Part shown: one piece after another, positions 38,823 through 51,194 of the stretch
Layout: every line of letters starts with the position of its first letter
Numbering within the stretch: position 1 is the stretch's first letter
Notes under the pieces: model-generated
Told to the model about the DNA's origin: nothing
The model's input: only the letters and a program-made list of their open reading frames with translations
Database searches by the model: none
NCBI RefSeq assembly: GCF_963921235.1
Contig: NC_086108.1
Location: 23,312,001 to 23,376,000 of the forward strand
Source: Mobula hypostoma
Lineage: Eukaryota
Reading direction: 5' to 3'
Length of the DNA stretch: 64,000 bases
Translations under genes and position numbers: made by a program

Positions 38823-40319
38823 GAAGGGTCTGATAACAGTGGGATAGAACGGTCTGATAACACTAGGACAGAAGGGTCTGATAACAGTGGAATAGAACGG
38901 TCTGATAACACTAGGACAGAAGGGTCTGATAACAGTGGGATAGAACAGTCTGTTAACAGTGGGATAGAATGGTCTGATAACAGTGGGACAGAAGGGTCTA
39001 ATAACACTGGGATAGAACGGTCTGATAACAGTGGGATAGAATGGTCTGATAACACTGGGACAGAAGGGTCTGATAACAGTGGGATAGAACAGTCTGTTAA
39101 CAGTGGGATAGAACGGTCTGATAACAGTGGGACAGAAGGGTCTGATAACAGTGGGATAGAACGGTCTGATAACAGTGGGATAGAACGGTCTGATAACAGT
39201 GGGACAGAAGGGTCTGATAACAGTGGGATAGAACGGTCTGATAACACTAGGACAGAAGGGTCTGATAACAGTGGGATAGAACGGTCTGATAACACTAGGA
39301 CAGAAGGGTCTGATAACAGTGGGATAGAACGGTCTGATAACACTAGGACAGAAGGGTCTGATAACAGTGGAATAGAACGGTCTGATAACACTAGGACAGA
39401 AGGGTCTGATAACAGTGGGATAGAACAGTCTGTTAACAGTGGGATAGAACGGTCTGATAACAGTGGGACAGAAGGGTCTGATAACAGTGGGACAGAAGGG
39501 TCTAATAACAGTGGGATAGAACGGTCTGATAACAGTGGGACAGAACGGTCTGATAACACTGGGACAGAAAGGTCTGATAACAGTGGGATAGAATGGTCTG
39601 ATAACACTAGGACAGAAGGGTCTGATAACAGTGGGACAGAACGGTCTGATAACACTGGGACAGAAAGGTCTGATAACAGTGGGATAGAACGGTCTGATAA
39701 CACTAGGACAGAAGGGTCTGATAACAGTGGGATAGAACGGTCTGATAACACTAGGACAGAAGGGTCTGATAACAGTGGGATAGAACGGTCTGATAACACT
39801 GGGACAGAAGGGTCTGATAACAGTGGGATAGAACGGTCTGATAACAGTGGGACAGAAGGGTCTGATAACAGTGGGACAGAAGGGTCTGATAACAGTGGGA
39901 CAGAAGGGTCTGATAACAGTGGGATAGAACGGTCTGATAACACTAGGACAGAAAGGTCTGATAACAGTGGGATAGAATGGTCTGATAACACTAGGACAGA
40001 AGGGTCTGATAACAGTGGGATAGAACGGTCTGATAACAGTGGGACAGAAGGGTCTGATAACAGTGGGATAGAATGGTCTGATAACAGTGGGACAGAAGGG
40101 TCTGATAACAGTGGGATAGAACAGTCTGATAACACTAGGACAGAAGGGTCTGATAACAGTGGGATAGAACAGTCTGTTAACAGTGGGATAGAATGGTCTG
40201 ATAACAGTGGGACAGAAGGGTCTGATAACAGTGGGATAGAACGGTCTGATAACAGTGGGACAGAAGGGTCTGATAACAGTGGGATAGAATGGTCTGATAA
40301 CACTAGGTCTGATAACACT
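38823..40319. repeat. 24-bp minisatellite, about 62 units, consensus GGTCTGATAACA(G/C)T(G/A)GGA(T/C)AGAA(C/G/T)
   Basis: Read directly. Head-to-tail units with no spacers. Explains the 612-aa LLSDPSVP-repeat ORF. Confidence 0.98.
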
Positions 40320-40429
40320 TTGATACCAAAGATTGAAGCCTGAAGGTCAAAGACTGTAGTTGGCAAGTTCAGGAGTTGAGACCCGATCACTGAAGCACTC
40401 GGGCTGTGGGTCCATAAGTGCATTGGAGG

Positions 40430-40722
40430 CTGGAGGCCAGGAGGTGGCCTGTCCTGGAATTGGAGGTCTTTCAGTGTATGTGCATTGCAAGGAGGAAAGG
40501 GGCTTGCTTTGCTGTTATTATTTTGTTTTGCTGTTGGGTTATGCTGTTGCTGCTTGTGCTGTTCTGCTGAACATTGTGGGCATGTTTTGTTGCTGCTGGA
40601 ATGTATGGTGACACTTGTGGGCTGCCCCAGCACATCCTTAGGTTGTGTTGGTCATTAACACATGTAACACATTTCATTGTATGTTTTGGTGTACATGTGA
40701 TAAATAAATGAACCCTAATCTG
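40430..40722 (+). mobile_element. LINE/SINE 3' tail fragment (Rex1/L2-like, unclassified)
   Basis: Ends catttcattgtatgttttggtgtacatgtgataaataaatgaa, a typical non-LTR 3' end with AATAAA. Confidence 0.5.
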
Positions 40723-41972
40723 AAACTGTTGTTTGAACTCTTACATGGAGCATGGGAAGTGTGACTTTCTCTTGAAATTCTAGCTAGGAAGCTGCTTTAT
40801 TTTAATTCCTGTACATGTGGAAAAAATGGTTCAGAATGATTTTTTTATGTTGTTGTTATATTAAACCAAGAGAATAAAAGCAAAGTGTGAATTACATAAG
40901 TTCTATTCTCTGCCATTCTTTTTCTTAAGATATACTTTGAAGTGCACCAACCATGGGTAAAGCCCACTGCTCTTTGAATTTGCGTATTACCCCTGTGTTC
41001 TGTTTGTGTTAAGCACTACATTACCACACCTACCTTGTCTTCCAAGAAGTGTTCCCCAGATATTTAAAAAACACACAGATTTATCTTCAACAAGTACCTG
41101 TGAGTTGATAATCTTACGTCAAAAAGCACTTGAATGCCATGATGAAATGAAGTGCAAGGTATTAGTGGACTGGTGAACAATGATAGTCTGAATGAATTCC
41201 AGTTTCTGTACTTGAGAATTTATTTTAAAAATATATTCTGAAAGAATTTTAGAAATTACATTGGAATAGAATATTTTAGTAATTTATTTTATGTAAACCA
41301 GATTCTTTTTTAAAGTAGGATTTTGTTTCTAAAGTTTACAATTTGTAAATGCAACAGTGATAATCTATTTTATTTTTTTTTAGATTTACTGGCGGAGATT
41401 GATATCTGGTTTTATTGATATCCTCAAGGGTATTTTATTATTATTTTGCTTATTGATTGTTAGGTGCCTTTGGATAGCAAGAAGACTTTAAAAATTGTCT
41501 TTCTTGCACTTGCTCTGTTTTTATACCTGCACATAGTCGGTCTTAATTTTTCCTGTTGTCTTATCTTGCTTCCGCTCCTGAAGCGGCTGGCTTTCTGCTA
41601 CCGTTCAGAGCTTGAGCAGCGTCTGTTGATAGATAAGCTAACAGTGCATGAGGTTACAAATATCTCTTTGTCTCTTCACCAATTATACTCAAACGTAGGA
41701 GATATTGTTGAGTGAATTCCTTCATGATCTGTTGGGGGTACAGGGCTATTTACATCCTGTCATTAGCCATTTCAACTTGGACTGATGATTTATACAGATC
41801 TCTCCCTGTCTCTGTGACTTGGTTACTTACTGAATAAAATGAGGGCAATATTAAATTGGCCTTTTATGTTAATAATTTTTTTCAGTATGACCTTGATTTT
41901 GCCCATTTTACGATTAAGATGATATGCAATTGCATGAATCTCAAAACTTCTTATTTTTCTCCTCTTCTGCAG

Positions 41973-42094
41973 AGAGGAGGGCGCATTGTGTGGAGATTGT
42001 GATGAAAATGGAAAATTCTATCAGTACGCGCACACAGCCTCGTCACCTCGTGTCTGTGATGCATCAGGCTACTGGACTCCTGAAGAGGCAGTAG
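41973..42094 (+). CDS. PAPPA2: Pappalysin-2 internal exon, 122 bp, phase 2 to 1
   Basis: Acceptor ctcctcttctgcag and donor G|gtaaga. Translates (R)[40 protein letters not shown](G). Phase fits the previous exon (AG+A = Arg). [20 protein letters not shown] is PAPPA2-like. Confidence 0.93.
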
Positions 42095-42338
42095 GTAAGA
42101 GCAAGGTGTTCAAGATGCGAAGCAATACACCACCACACTCCATTCCCCTTTGGTGCAAGTGCCCATTTATTCTGCAACTAGGCTTTGGTTTAATTTCATT
42201 ATGTTTTTTCTTTTAAAGCACTTTGACTCTTAGCTTATTCTTCCAATTTATTACAGAACATTAAATCACATTCTTACAGGCTTCTTTTTACAGCTGATTT
42301 TGGATTATAACTTTACAGAACCATTTGAAGCATCAAGG

Positions 42339-42340
<2 letters not shown>

Positions 42341-42388
<48 letters not shown>
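42341..42388. repeat. (TG)24 microsatellite
   Basis: Read directly, about 250 bp downstream of the 42094 donor. Confidence 0.98.
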
Positions 42389-42389
<1 letters not shown>

Positions 42390-43109
42390 AATCCTCCTAA
42401 AATGTAAAATAATTGCCCTCACTTGTTAGAAATACAAATAAATCAAATATCCACAAATCCTTTCATTGTGATGTCAGAATTTAGGTTTAAATAGTACTGA
42501 AGTGTTACGCACAAGACTGTGGGTTATCAAGCCTCCCCCTCAGGACCTTTTCAAATCCTTCTCCTCTTACCTCAAATATATATTCTCGAGTTTTAGGCTG
42601 TTCTTCCTTGGAGAAAAGTATGATCATCCACCTTTCCTCGGGATGGTACTGAGAATCATGAGAGCACATGATCTCTGTAAGTGGCAGAAAGAATGTACAC
42701 AACTCAGATTGCCCAGACACTTGCTCTATTTGTGGACGGGTCTCTGGTCTCCACGATGGCCTTAGTACCCATTTCCAAACCCACAAAATCCAGGTGACTC
42801 CATTAGAAAGAATGACTTTGGAATTTAGCTATTTTATCAAAGCTTGGAGCAATGACTTCTTGGCAGATCCGAAAGCTGACAAATCCAAAAGAAGATGAAG
42901 GGACCACATTAACAGAGTACCCACTCAATGTCCTGACCAATGAAGATACTGTAAGCATGTAAAATACTGCCTTCTCTACCTTGTCTATATAGTTCACCAC
43001 TTTCAAGGAACTATGTAGCTACACCTCTGGGTGTCTCTGTTTTCTCCAGGCCCTTACCATTTCCTGCACCATTTGTCTGTATCATGTTGCCTTTGCTATT
43101 TACAATACT

Positions 43110-45070
43110 TTGAACACAGGACATAGAACAATACAGCACAGGAACAGGCTCTTTGGGCGACAATGGTGTGCCAACTAAACTAATCCCCTCTGCCTACATA
43201 ATGCCCATACCCTTCCATTTTCCTCACATTCATGTGCCTATCTAAGCAGCTCTTAGAAGACTCTAATATATCTGTCTCTACCACCACCCTAGGTAATACA
43301 TTCCAGATATCCACCATTCACTGTTAAAAAAAAACTTGCCCCTCACATCTATATTGAGATTACCCCCTCTCACCTTAAATGTATGCCACCTTGTATTAGA
43401 GATTTCAACCCTGGAAAAAGATACTGTCTGTCTGCTCTGTTTATGCCCCATATAATCTTATAGATCTCTGTCAGTTCTCCCCTTGATCTCCGTCACTCTA
43501 GAGAAAACAACGTCTCGGTATAGCACATAGTCTCTAATCCAAGTGGTATCCTGGTAAACCTCTTCTGTATTTTCTCCAAAAACTCAAAATCCTTCCTATA
43601 ATGATGCAACCAGAACTACATGCAATACTCCAGATACAGCCTAACTAGAGTTTTATAAAGTTGAAACATAACTCCTGACTTTTGAACTCAACGCCACAAC
43701 TTGTAAAGGCGAACCTTCTTAACAATCCCATCAACCTGTGTAGCCATTTTCTAGGAGCTATGAATTTGGATCCCAAGATCCCTCTGATTATCAACACTGT
43801 TAAGGGTTTTGTTCTTAACAATACTGCACACTATTTCTTTACATTTGACCTACTAAGGTGCAACACTTCACATTTGGCTGGGTTAACTCCATCAGGCATT
43901 TCTCTGCCCATATCTGCAACTGATCTATATCTCACTGTATTCTTTGCCTGTCTGCTGCACGACCCACAACACCATCAATCTTCATATCATCTGCAAACTT
44001 ACTAACACCCCCCCCCCATCTACACTTTCATCCATGTCATTTATATACATCACAAAGAGCAGAGGTCCCAGCACAGATCCCTGTAGAGCACCACTAATCA
44101 CTGACCTTCAGCCTGAATAAATGTCTTCAACCACTACCTTGTCTTCTATGAGCAAGTCAGTTCTGATCCAAACCCCCAATTTACCATGGATCCCAACCCC
44201 CAATTTACCATGGATCCCATGCATCTTAGTCTTCTGGATGAGGCTCCCAAGAGGGACTTTGTCAAATGCCTTCCTAAAATCCATGTAAGCAACACCCACA
44301 GCTCTACTTTCATCAATTACCATCATCACCTCATCAAAAATTTCAGTCAAATTGGTAAGACACGATTTGCCCTGCACAAAGTCATGCTGGCTCTCCCTAG
44401 TTAGGTCATGGTTTTCCAAGTGCTCATAAATAAATCCTATCCTTAAGAATTCTCTCCAGTAAATTCCCTACCATTGACGTGAGACTCTCTGGTCTACAGT
44501 TTCCATGATTATGCCCGGTTTACTTCTTGAATAATGGATCAACATTAGCTACTTGTCTGTCCTCTGGGGCCTCTGATGGGAGAGGTATTGGTCAAGGCCC
44601 AGAAATCTCTTCAATATGTGTGGTATGTCCTAGGGACTTATTCACCTTAATGCTCTTTAAGAGGCCCAACACTACCTCTTCCTTTACTTCGAAATGCCTT
44701 AGCATATTAATGTGCTCAGCACTGATCTCCCTATCCTCCACATCCTTCTTCTTGGTAAACACTGATGTAATGTACTCATTAAGGACCTTACCAAATCCTC
44801 CACAACAAAGCAAATGATCCCCCAATATCCTTGAGTAGTCCTACCTTCTCCCTTGTTATCCTCTTGCTCATAGAACACTTTGGGATTCCCTTTAATCCTA
44901 TTTGCCAAGGGCTTTTTATGGCCCTTCATGGCTTTTCTAATTTCCTTCTTGAGCTCTTTTTTGTCTTCAGTATAATCCTTAAGGACTCTGTTTGATTCTA
45001 GCTTCCAAAGCTTGACATACTTTACCTTTTCCTTCTTGACTAAATTCATCACCTCTTGACATCTAAGAGG
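43110..45070 (-). mobile_element. Older CR1 LINE, 5'-truncated with internal deletions
   Basis: ORF 44108..44419 has SQHDFVQGKSCLTNL...YMDFRKAFDKVP. ORF 44592..44825 has LNEYITSVFT. Confidence 0.9.
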
Positions 45071-45551
45071 TTGCACTACGTAATGGAATGTGTCCATCGA
45101 ATATGTGATGGTCACTGCAGCAGATCGATGAAGACAATATCAAGAGGCTTTTGCTTGAAAAATAAATTACTGCAGCTCCTGAAAATGGTTAAAAAAAAGT
45201 AAAGAGAGGAAAGGTCAGACAAACCCAGCAGACCATGCAGCATCATGAAGAGAAAAACAGAACCTGGTGGTGTGGGATTCCAGGCTTCTGTACCCTCCTG
45301 TCCAATGACAGCTGTGAGATGATACCATGGCCTGAATCGTGGGGATCTTTAATAATAGATTTTGTCTTCTTGAGGGAGCACCTCCAGTAGGTATGCGCGA
45401 TGGTAGGGAGGGATGTGCTGGTGATGTATTAGGCAGATGCACATGTTGCTTCTCTCATCAGAGGCCACTGAGCCATTCTGGCAGCTATGATCAAATACAC
45501 TGCAAGTTTGATTTCTCTTTCCATTGACTGAGTATTGATGTATTGGCTGAG

Positions 45552-45892
45552 ACCATAAGACATTGGAGCATAATTAGGCCATTTAGCCCATTGAGTCTGC
45601 TCCGTGATTCCATCATGGCTGATTTATTATCCTTCTCAACCCCATTCTCCTGCCTTCTGTTTGTAACCTTTAATGCACTGATTAAGTCAAGAACCTATTA
45701 ACATCTGCTTTAAATATACTCAATGACTTGGCCTCCACAGCTGTCTGTGGCAATGAATTCTACAGATTCACCACTCTCTGGCTAAAGAAATAACTCTTCA
45801 TCTCTGTTCTAAAGTGTTGTCCCTCTATTCTGAGGGTGTACCCTCTTGTCCTACACTCACCCACTATATGAAACACCCTATCCACATTCACT
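45552..45892 (-). mobile_element. CR1 LINE 3' end
   Basis: Same 3' UTR family as 38015-38350. Confidence 0.85.
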
Positions 45893-46536
45893 TGTGTTTT
45901 TAGGATTGCTGGTGCTACTTATTTTATTTTGAGATACAGCATGGTAACTTGGGTTAGCCTTTTTGCTTTATGCATATAGTAGAGTGAAGGATTTGTTTTC
46001 CCAGCCATTGGACCTAATGGACCTGGAAACAATAATGAGGAGACATAAAGGCACATTCAATCCCATCTGTCTATCATGGTTTCACCAGCACTGGTGTGTC
46101 TGTTCTGGCATTTTCATGATGAGCCCCACATGTGAGGAGAACTTGTCATGGTCTGGATATGTCATCCATGTGTCCAAATTTGATTCCTTGGAAAGTGTCA
46201 AATGGTCCATTTGATCTTCATTAGTTGTTATAGTTCGATCCAAATGAGTGGCCATTTCAAAGGTCAGTTTAGAGTCAATCACATTAGTGTGTGTCTGCTG
46301 TCACCTAAAGGCCAGATTGGGTAAGCACAACAGGCTTTCTTCCTTAAGTTACCAAGGCAATTGGTTTTTGAAGGGCAGATTTGTTATATTGCCACCGTTA
46401 CTGATACCAGCTTCGTTTTATTCCAGCTCTATTTTATTTCAGCTCTATTTAATTAACTGTCTTTAAACTCCCTAAAATTGGATCAGAACCCATGTTAGTC
46501 CAGACTCCTGGATTACTCATGAAGCAACATAACAAG

Positions 46537-47113
46537 TGTAACCCTCCAGTTCGGCCGGCAGCATTAGTCTAGGGAAGACAGTCTCTGGCCCCATCAAACA
46601 TGTGAAATCTGAGGTGCAAAACCTCGTTTGTGTGGATGCTGTGTGATCTGTTCCCCCGTTACAAATCAGTAACACAAAGTAACAGACAGTACACCATGTG
46701 CAACTAAACGATTTAGCTTTATAATTCTTAATTTGCCTAAAGGGTTAGTAAAGTAAAACAAAAGGAAAAGGGCCCATTTTAATGAAACAGTCTAATGTGC
46801 ACTAGTCAGAGCTCATGGTTTCCCTTCTGTTGGTCCTCCATCGATCTCACCAGGCTTCGTCGACTCCCAGCCCCACTCCAAGTTCACTCCATCTGGCTGT
46901 CTTCAACCTCTCCTTTCTGGCGTCTTCTCTCTTCATCTCTCACCGAACAAAAGACACAGATCACCTAGGTCTCAGGTACACAACAAGATAAAAACACCCC
47001 CTTCATTAGATGGCGCACATTCCTAAGCCCCTGTGATCTCTAGCCATAAGCCAAACACTGCTTCTACAGAGAAACCATTACATTAGCAGAGAAACCTTTC
47101 CCAGGGCATTACA
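46537..47113. mobile_element. Solo LTR (577 bp) with a 4-bp target-site duplication
   Basis: CAAG|TGTAACCCT ... AGGGCATTACA|CAAG. TG..CA ends, short terminal inverted repeat and a perfect CAAG TSD. Confidence 0.8.
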
Positions 47114-48102
47114 CAAGTTTGGAACTGTACTCTTGGGAATGGATTAACTTAATGTCAATGAACCACTAAATTAGCATTGAGCAGTTAAAAATCTATCTTA
47201 CGAAATCTGGCCGTATGATTTAAACCCGGGTGAAGAAGAAGCAATCTGCTGTAAGGTGCTCTGTATTTGATTTCTATTTACATGTCATTTTGTTCACAAC
47301 AAACACATCAATATACCTACTCAAGTTACAATATGTGCACATACCTAACTCAAAACACACAGGGAAGAGGACACATGAAGATAGGCACGTACACTATGGT
47401 GCAGTGGAAATCCTACCGGATCCCTATACGATAGGTGGCCTTACCCGATGATGAACTTGGGAAAAATGTCCTCAATACTTTTGCAGGATTTGGAGATGTC
47501 TGGAGTAATTTACTCAGAAGAAAATGAAAATTCTTTCAGCAAATTCAGAAAACAACACATGGTGAGCATCTGGATGCATAGTGAGGGCTTGGCCAACAAC
47601 ACCCATGAATCACGTTCTGAAGTGATTGTTGCTTCTATGCTGGTATGGAAATGGGGGTCAGATGGGTGGTAGTCGATGGTATTCCCTTGGTGCACGCAGC
47701 TTCATTCTGTTGCCAGAACCAGATAAACATCAGCAGGATAGGAAAGGGTGATAGCAGGATGAGGTGAAAACAAAAATAAAGATGTGTTGAGATCGCAAGG
47801 AGTTGTGGAGGTGGAGAGGGCTACATTTTTTTCATTAATTTATCCCACATTTTCTTTGTATTTTGTGCATCGTGATCAGTGAACAGCATTCTTTCCAGAA
47901 TTATTTCATGAAACATTTCAAACCGTTCACCTTATATCTGCACAGTATTCCATTCTTCATTTCCCATACCCCGACCGCCACAGGGGCTTAGCCACCAACA
48001 CTGTCTAGCCTCTTCTGAATCAACCTACCCAAGCCACTCCAAAGCACAGTGAGTAGAAAGCCTCATTTCCCAATGACAGTATCACAAATTCTGCTTCCCA
48101 AC

Positions 48103-48608
48103 TCTCCACCTCCACCCCTTCCCCCTCCCCTCCCCTTCCCCCTCCCCTCCCCTTCCCCCTCTCCCTCCCCCTTCCTTTTCCCCTTCCCCTTCCCCCTCCC
48201 CCTTCCCCCTCCCCCTCCCCTTCCCCCTCCCCTTTCCCCCTTTCTCTTCCCCCTTCCCTCCACCCCCTCCACTCCTCCCTCTTCCATCCTCTCCATCCAC
48301 CCTTCCCCTACTCCTCTCCCCTCCCCCTCTCCCCTTACTCTTCCCCCTCTTCCCCTTCCTCCTCTTCCCCTTCCTCCTCTCCCCCTTCTCCCCTTCCTCC
48401 CTCCTCCTCCCCTCCTCTCCCTCCTCCCCCCCTCCTCCCCCTCCTCCCCCCTCCTCCCCCTCCTCCCCTCTTCCTCCTCCTCCCCTCTTCCTCCCTCTTC
48501 CTCCCTCTTCCCCCCTCTTCCCCCTCTTCCCCTTCTCCCCTTCCCCCTTTTCTCCCCCTTCTCTCCCCCCTCTCTCTACACCCCCCTATTTCTCTCCTCT
48601 CCTTTTTT
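48103..48608. repeat. About 500-bp homopyrimidine (C/T) low-complexity tract
   Basis: Almost purely (CCCCTT/CCCCCT/CCT)n. Explains the Pro-rich and Gly-rich ORFs at 48049-48645. Confidence 0.97.
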
Positions 48609-48913
48609 CATTAATGTAAATGTCCTATTGTACTGTTTGATATGAGGCAGGAGTTCTCCAAACATTCCTGTCAATTTTTGTCATCAATCACCAAGACTGA
48701 ATATGGATGATCTTAACATTTATGTAATTGCAGTTTGTGGGATTAACTTTAGATAGATACCCTGCTTCTTCCCATACTCTGCAGTCACGACTTTGAAGTT
48801 ACTGAGTTGTGTCATTTGATTTCTGGGAACTCTGGTGGAGGTGAAAGATACAGTGGAAATATGGATTCTAGCCATGAGGATGGTTCATTGAGAGCAGTGT
48901 TTGTTTACTACAG

Positions 48914-49409
48914 GATCGCCTGATGTGGATGAGCCTTGTGAGCCCAGCCTGCGGGCATGGAGCCCTGAGCTTCACCTTTACCGTATGAACATGACAGTGC
49001 CTTGTCCCCAGCCAGATGGCTGCATGCTAGACGTACGTTTTGCCCACCCTGTCATCGCCAAGTATCTCTCTATCTGGGTGACTTACCTGTCTGCTGGTTT
49101 GGAAGGGGGCATCTCTTCCATAAATCTGGTGACTGATGACAAAGAGGAGATCCATCTAGGGGGTGGTTACCATACTTTCTGCAACATCCCGCTCACTGTC
49201 CAAGTCAACATCAAAAGGAAAGTGGCTGGCGTGAAGATCTATACCTTTGATGAGAAGTTGGAACTGGATGCTGTGCTCTTGACTTCAAGGTCTCAGGACC
49301 CCTTGTGCACTGTGTGTAAACCCCTGAAGTATAAGATTGTAAGGGATCCTCCATTTCAGAAGGGTCGAGTATTGACTGTCACGCAAAAGGAAAGAACATT
49401 CACCGACTG
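48914..49409 (+). CDS. PAPPA2: Pappalysin-2 internal exon, 496 bp, phase 1 to 2
   Basis: Acceptor tttgtttactacag and donor TG|gtgagt. Lies in ORF 48901..49413: SPDVDEPCEPSLRAWSPELHLYRMNMTVPCP...GVKIYTFDEKLELDA...CKPLKYKIVRDPPF...FTD. G+GA = Gly joins the previous exon in frame. Confidence 0.95.
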
Positions 49410-49759
49410 GTGAGTTACTGCAATGAGAAGCTGTACCTTAAGACTGGAAGATGCATTGGTATAAAACACACCTACTGTACAGATATCTTAGCTGCATATA
49501 ACATGAGTGGGAGATGTAGGAAGCTAAGTAATCTGTTTGTGCAGATAGCTAGTTAAGCTGCCATTTAGTGATTGTGCTTGAGAGATTGTGATTGGCTCGA
49601 CACCAGGGATAACTCCACTATTCCTTTGCAGGTTTGAGGTAAGCAATGTTTTGCATCCATTAGGGGGCAATTAGAACGAAACGAAGTAGCATGACATTTA
49701 GAAGAATGAAAATTGGGAATGAACGGTTCAGAATCGCCATCATAAATAAATTAGCACTG

Positions 49760-50890
49760 AGTTATGTTGGACGCATACTACAGAAACAGTCCTTTTGGTT
49801 TAATATCCATAAAACCATTGTGTTCCACTTAAGTCTCCCATATGGCCTCATCTAATTTATTAAGTTCAGTACCACAGCCCTCTGTTCCTTATTTTCTCCA
49901 GCATTCCGTGAAATGCATCTATATTATCTACTGCAATACCTTGTGGTAGGAAGTTTCACATGTTCACCACTCTTTTGGTAAATCCTTACTGGGTTTCTGA
50001 GTGACTAGTTATGCCCCACTCCACAAATGGAATATTTCTTTGTAACCATATTATCAAAACCTTTCATTGTTTTAAGCCCCCATATTATTTCATTTCTCAG
50101 TCATCTTCCCTCCAAAGAGCCAGGTTTGTTCATCCTCTCCAGATACGTATGGCCTCCATTTTCTGGCTGCTTCATCGTAAATCTTCTCTGCACTCTTTCC
50201 AGGGGCACTGTATCTTTTCTGTTATCTGGTGACCAGAGCAATATGCAGACCTCTAAGGATGGCCTATCCAAGGGTTGGAACAGACCCACCATCCTCGTTT
50301 TTCTACATTGAACATAAACTCCAGTATTTGGTTTGCTTTCTTTTCAGCCATTGCTAACTTATTGCACAACTTATAGTGTTGATTTATTTGAATACTGAGG
50401 TTCCTTTGTACTTTCTGAATAACAACTGACTTCTCTAATTCTTCCTGCTAAAGTGTACAACTTCAAAGAGTATCATGTTGAAACACTACTGCCAATTTGT
50501 TGCTCCTCCTCCAAATTTAATATCCTCTTGAAACATATTATGCCTCTATTCAAATACTGCAGTCCCTCTGATCCCGCCACATATTCCAAAATGTGTGTTT
50601 TTGAATCCAAATTATGAACTATTGATGTAAAAGGTGATCTCAAAAAGTGCTCCTTGTGGAACCCCACTAACCACTGTCTGCCACTCTGAAAAGCTACCTT
50701 TCACTCTCATTCCCTGCTTTCTGCCCTGAAACTAGTTAGAAATCCTTTCTTTCTGCATTTCCCCTGACTCAGCATTCTCTGATTTTCTTAGTCTTTCACA
50801 GACTATTTCTGAAGATGTAGCTAAATTACATTCATAGTAATACCATATTTATTCCCCTGCTTAAGTCTTCAAAAATTCAACAGAAGAACA
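49760..50890 (-). mobile_element. Old degenerate CR1 LINE
   Basis: ORF 50101..50292 has RPSLEVCILLWSPDNRKDTVPLERVQRRFT. Boundaries approximate. Confidence 0.65.
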
Positions 50891-51194
50891 TCTTAGAATG
50901 ATAACAGCTTACATTTCAATGGTGAAGATCTTGCTTGAATTTTTGAGGAGGTAAGCAGCTTCAGACAGAAGACTTTTGAAAATTAAACTCTCCTGGGATA
51001 AGTACTGTATAGATAATTAATTACAAAATCCCTTTATATACTAAAGAACGAAGCCAGCCCTTCACGAAACACCATAAAATTCATCATTTTAGTCATAGAG
51101 ATGTAGCATGGAAGCAAGCCTTTCAGCTCATAAAATCTGCACCAACCATCAGCTGCTCATTAGTACTAATTCTTCATTCGCTCCATTTTTTATT

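Noticed and set aside
38823..40319. CRISPR-like array
   Set aside because: Units are contiguous with no unique spacers, there are no cas genes, and the context is a vertebrate intron.
38795..40633. 612-aa minus-strand ORF as a repeat protein gene
   Set aside because: It is a by-product of a stop-free 24-bp unit. Its N-terminal part is reversed TE tail sequence and there is no gene context.
44166..44220. 24-bp tandem duplication (IHGKLGVG twice) in a CR1
   Set aside because: Real but trivial slippage in a dead element.
48049..48645. Pro-rich and Gly-rich ORFs (extensin- or formin-like)
   Set aside because: These are translations of a C/T simple-sequence tract.
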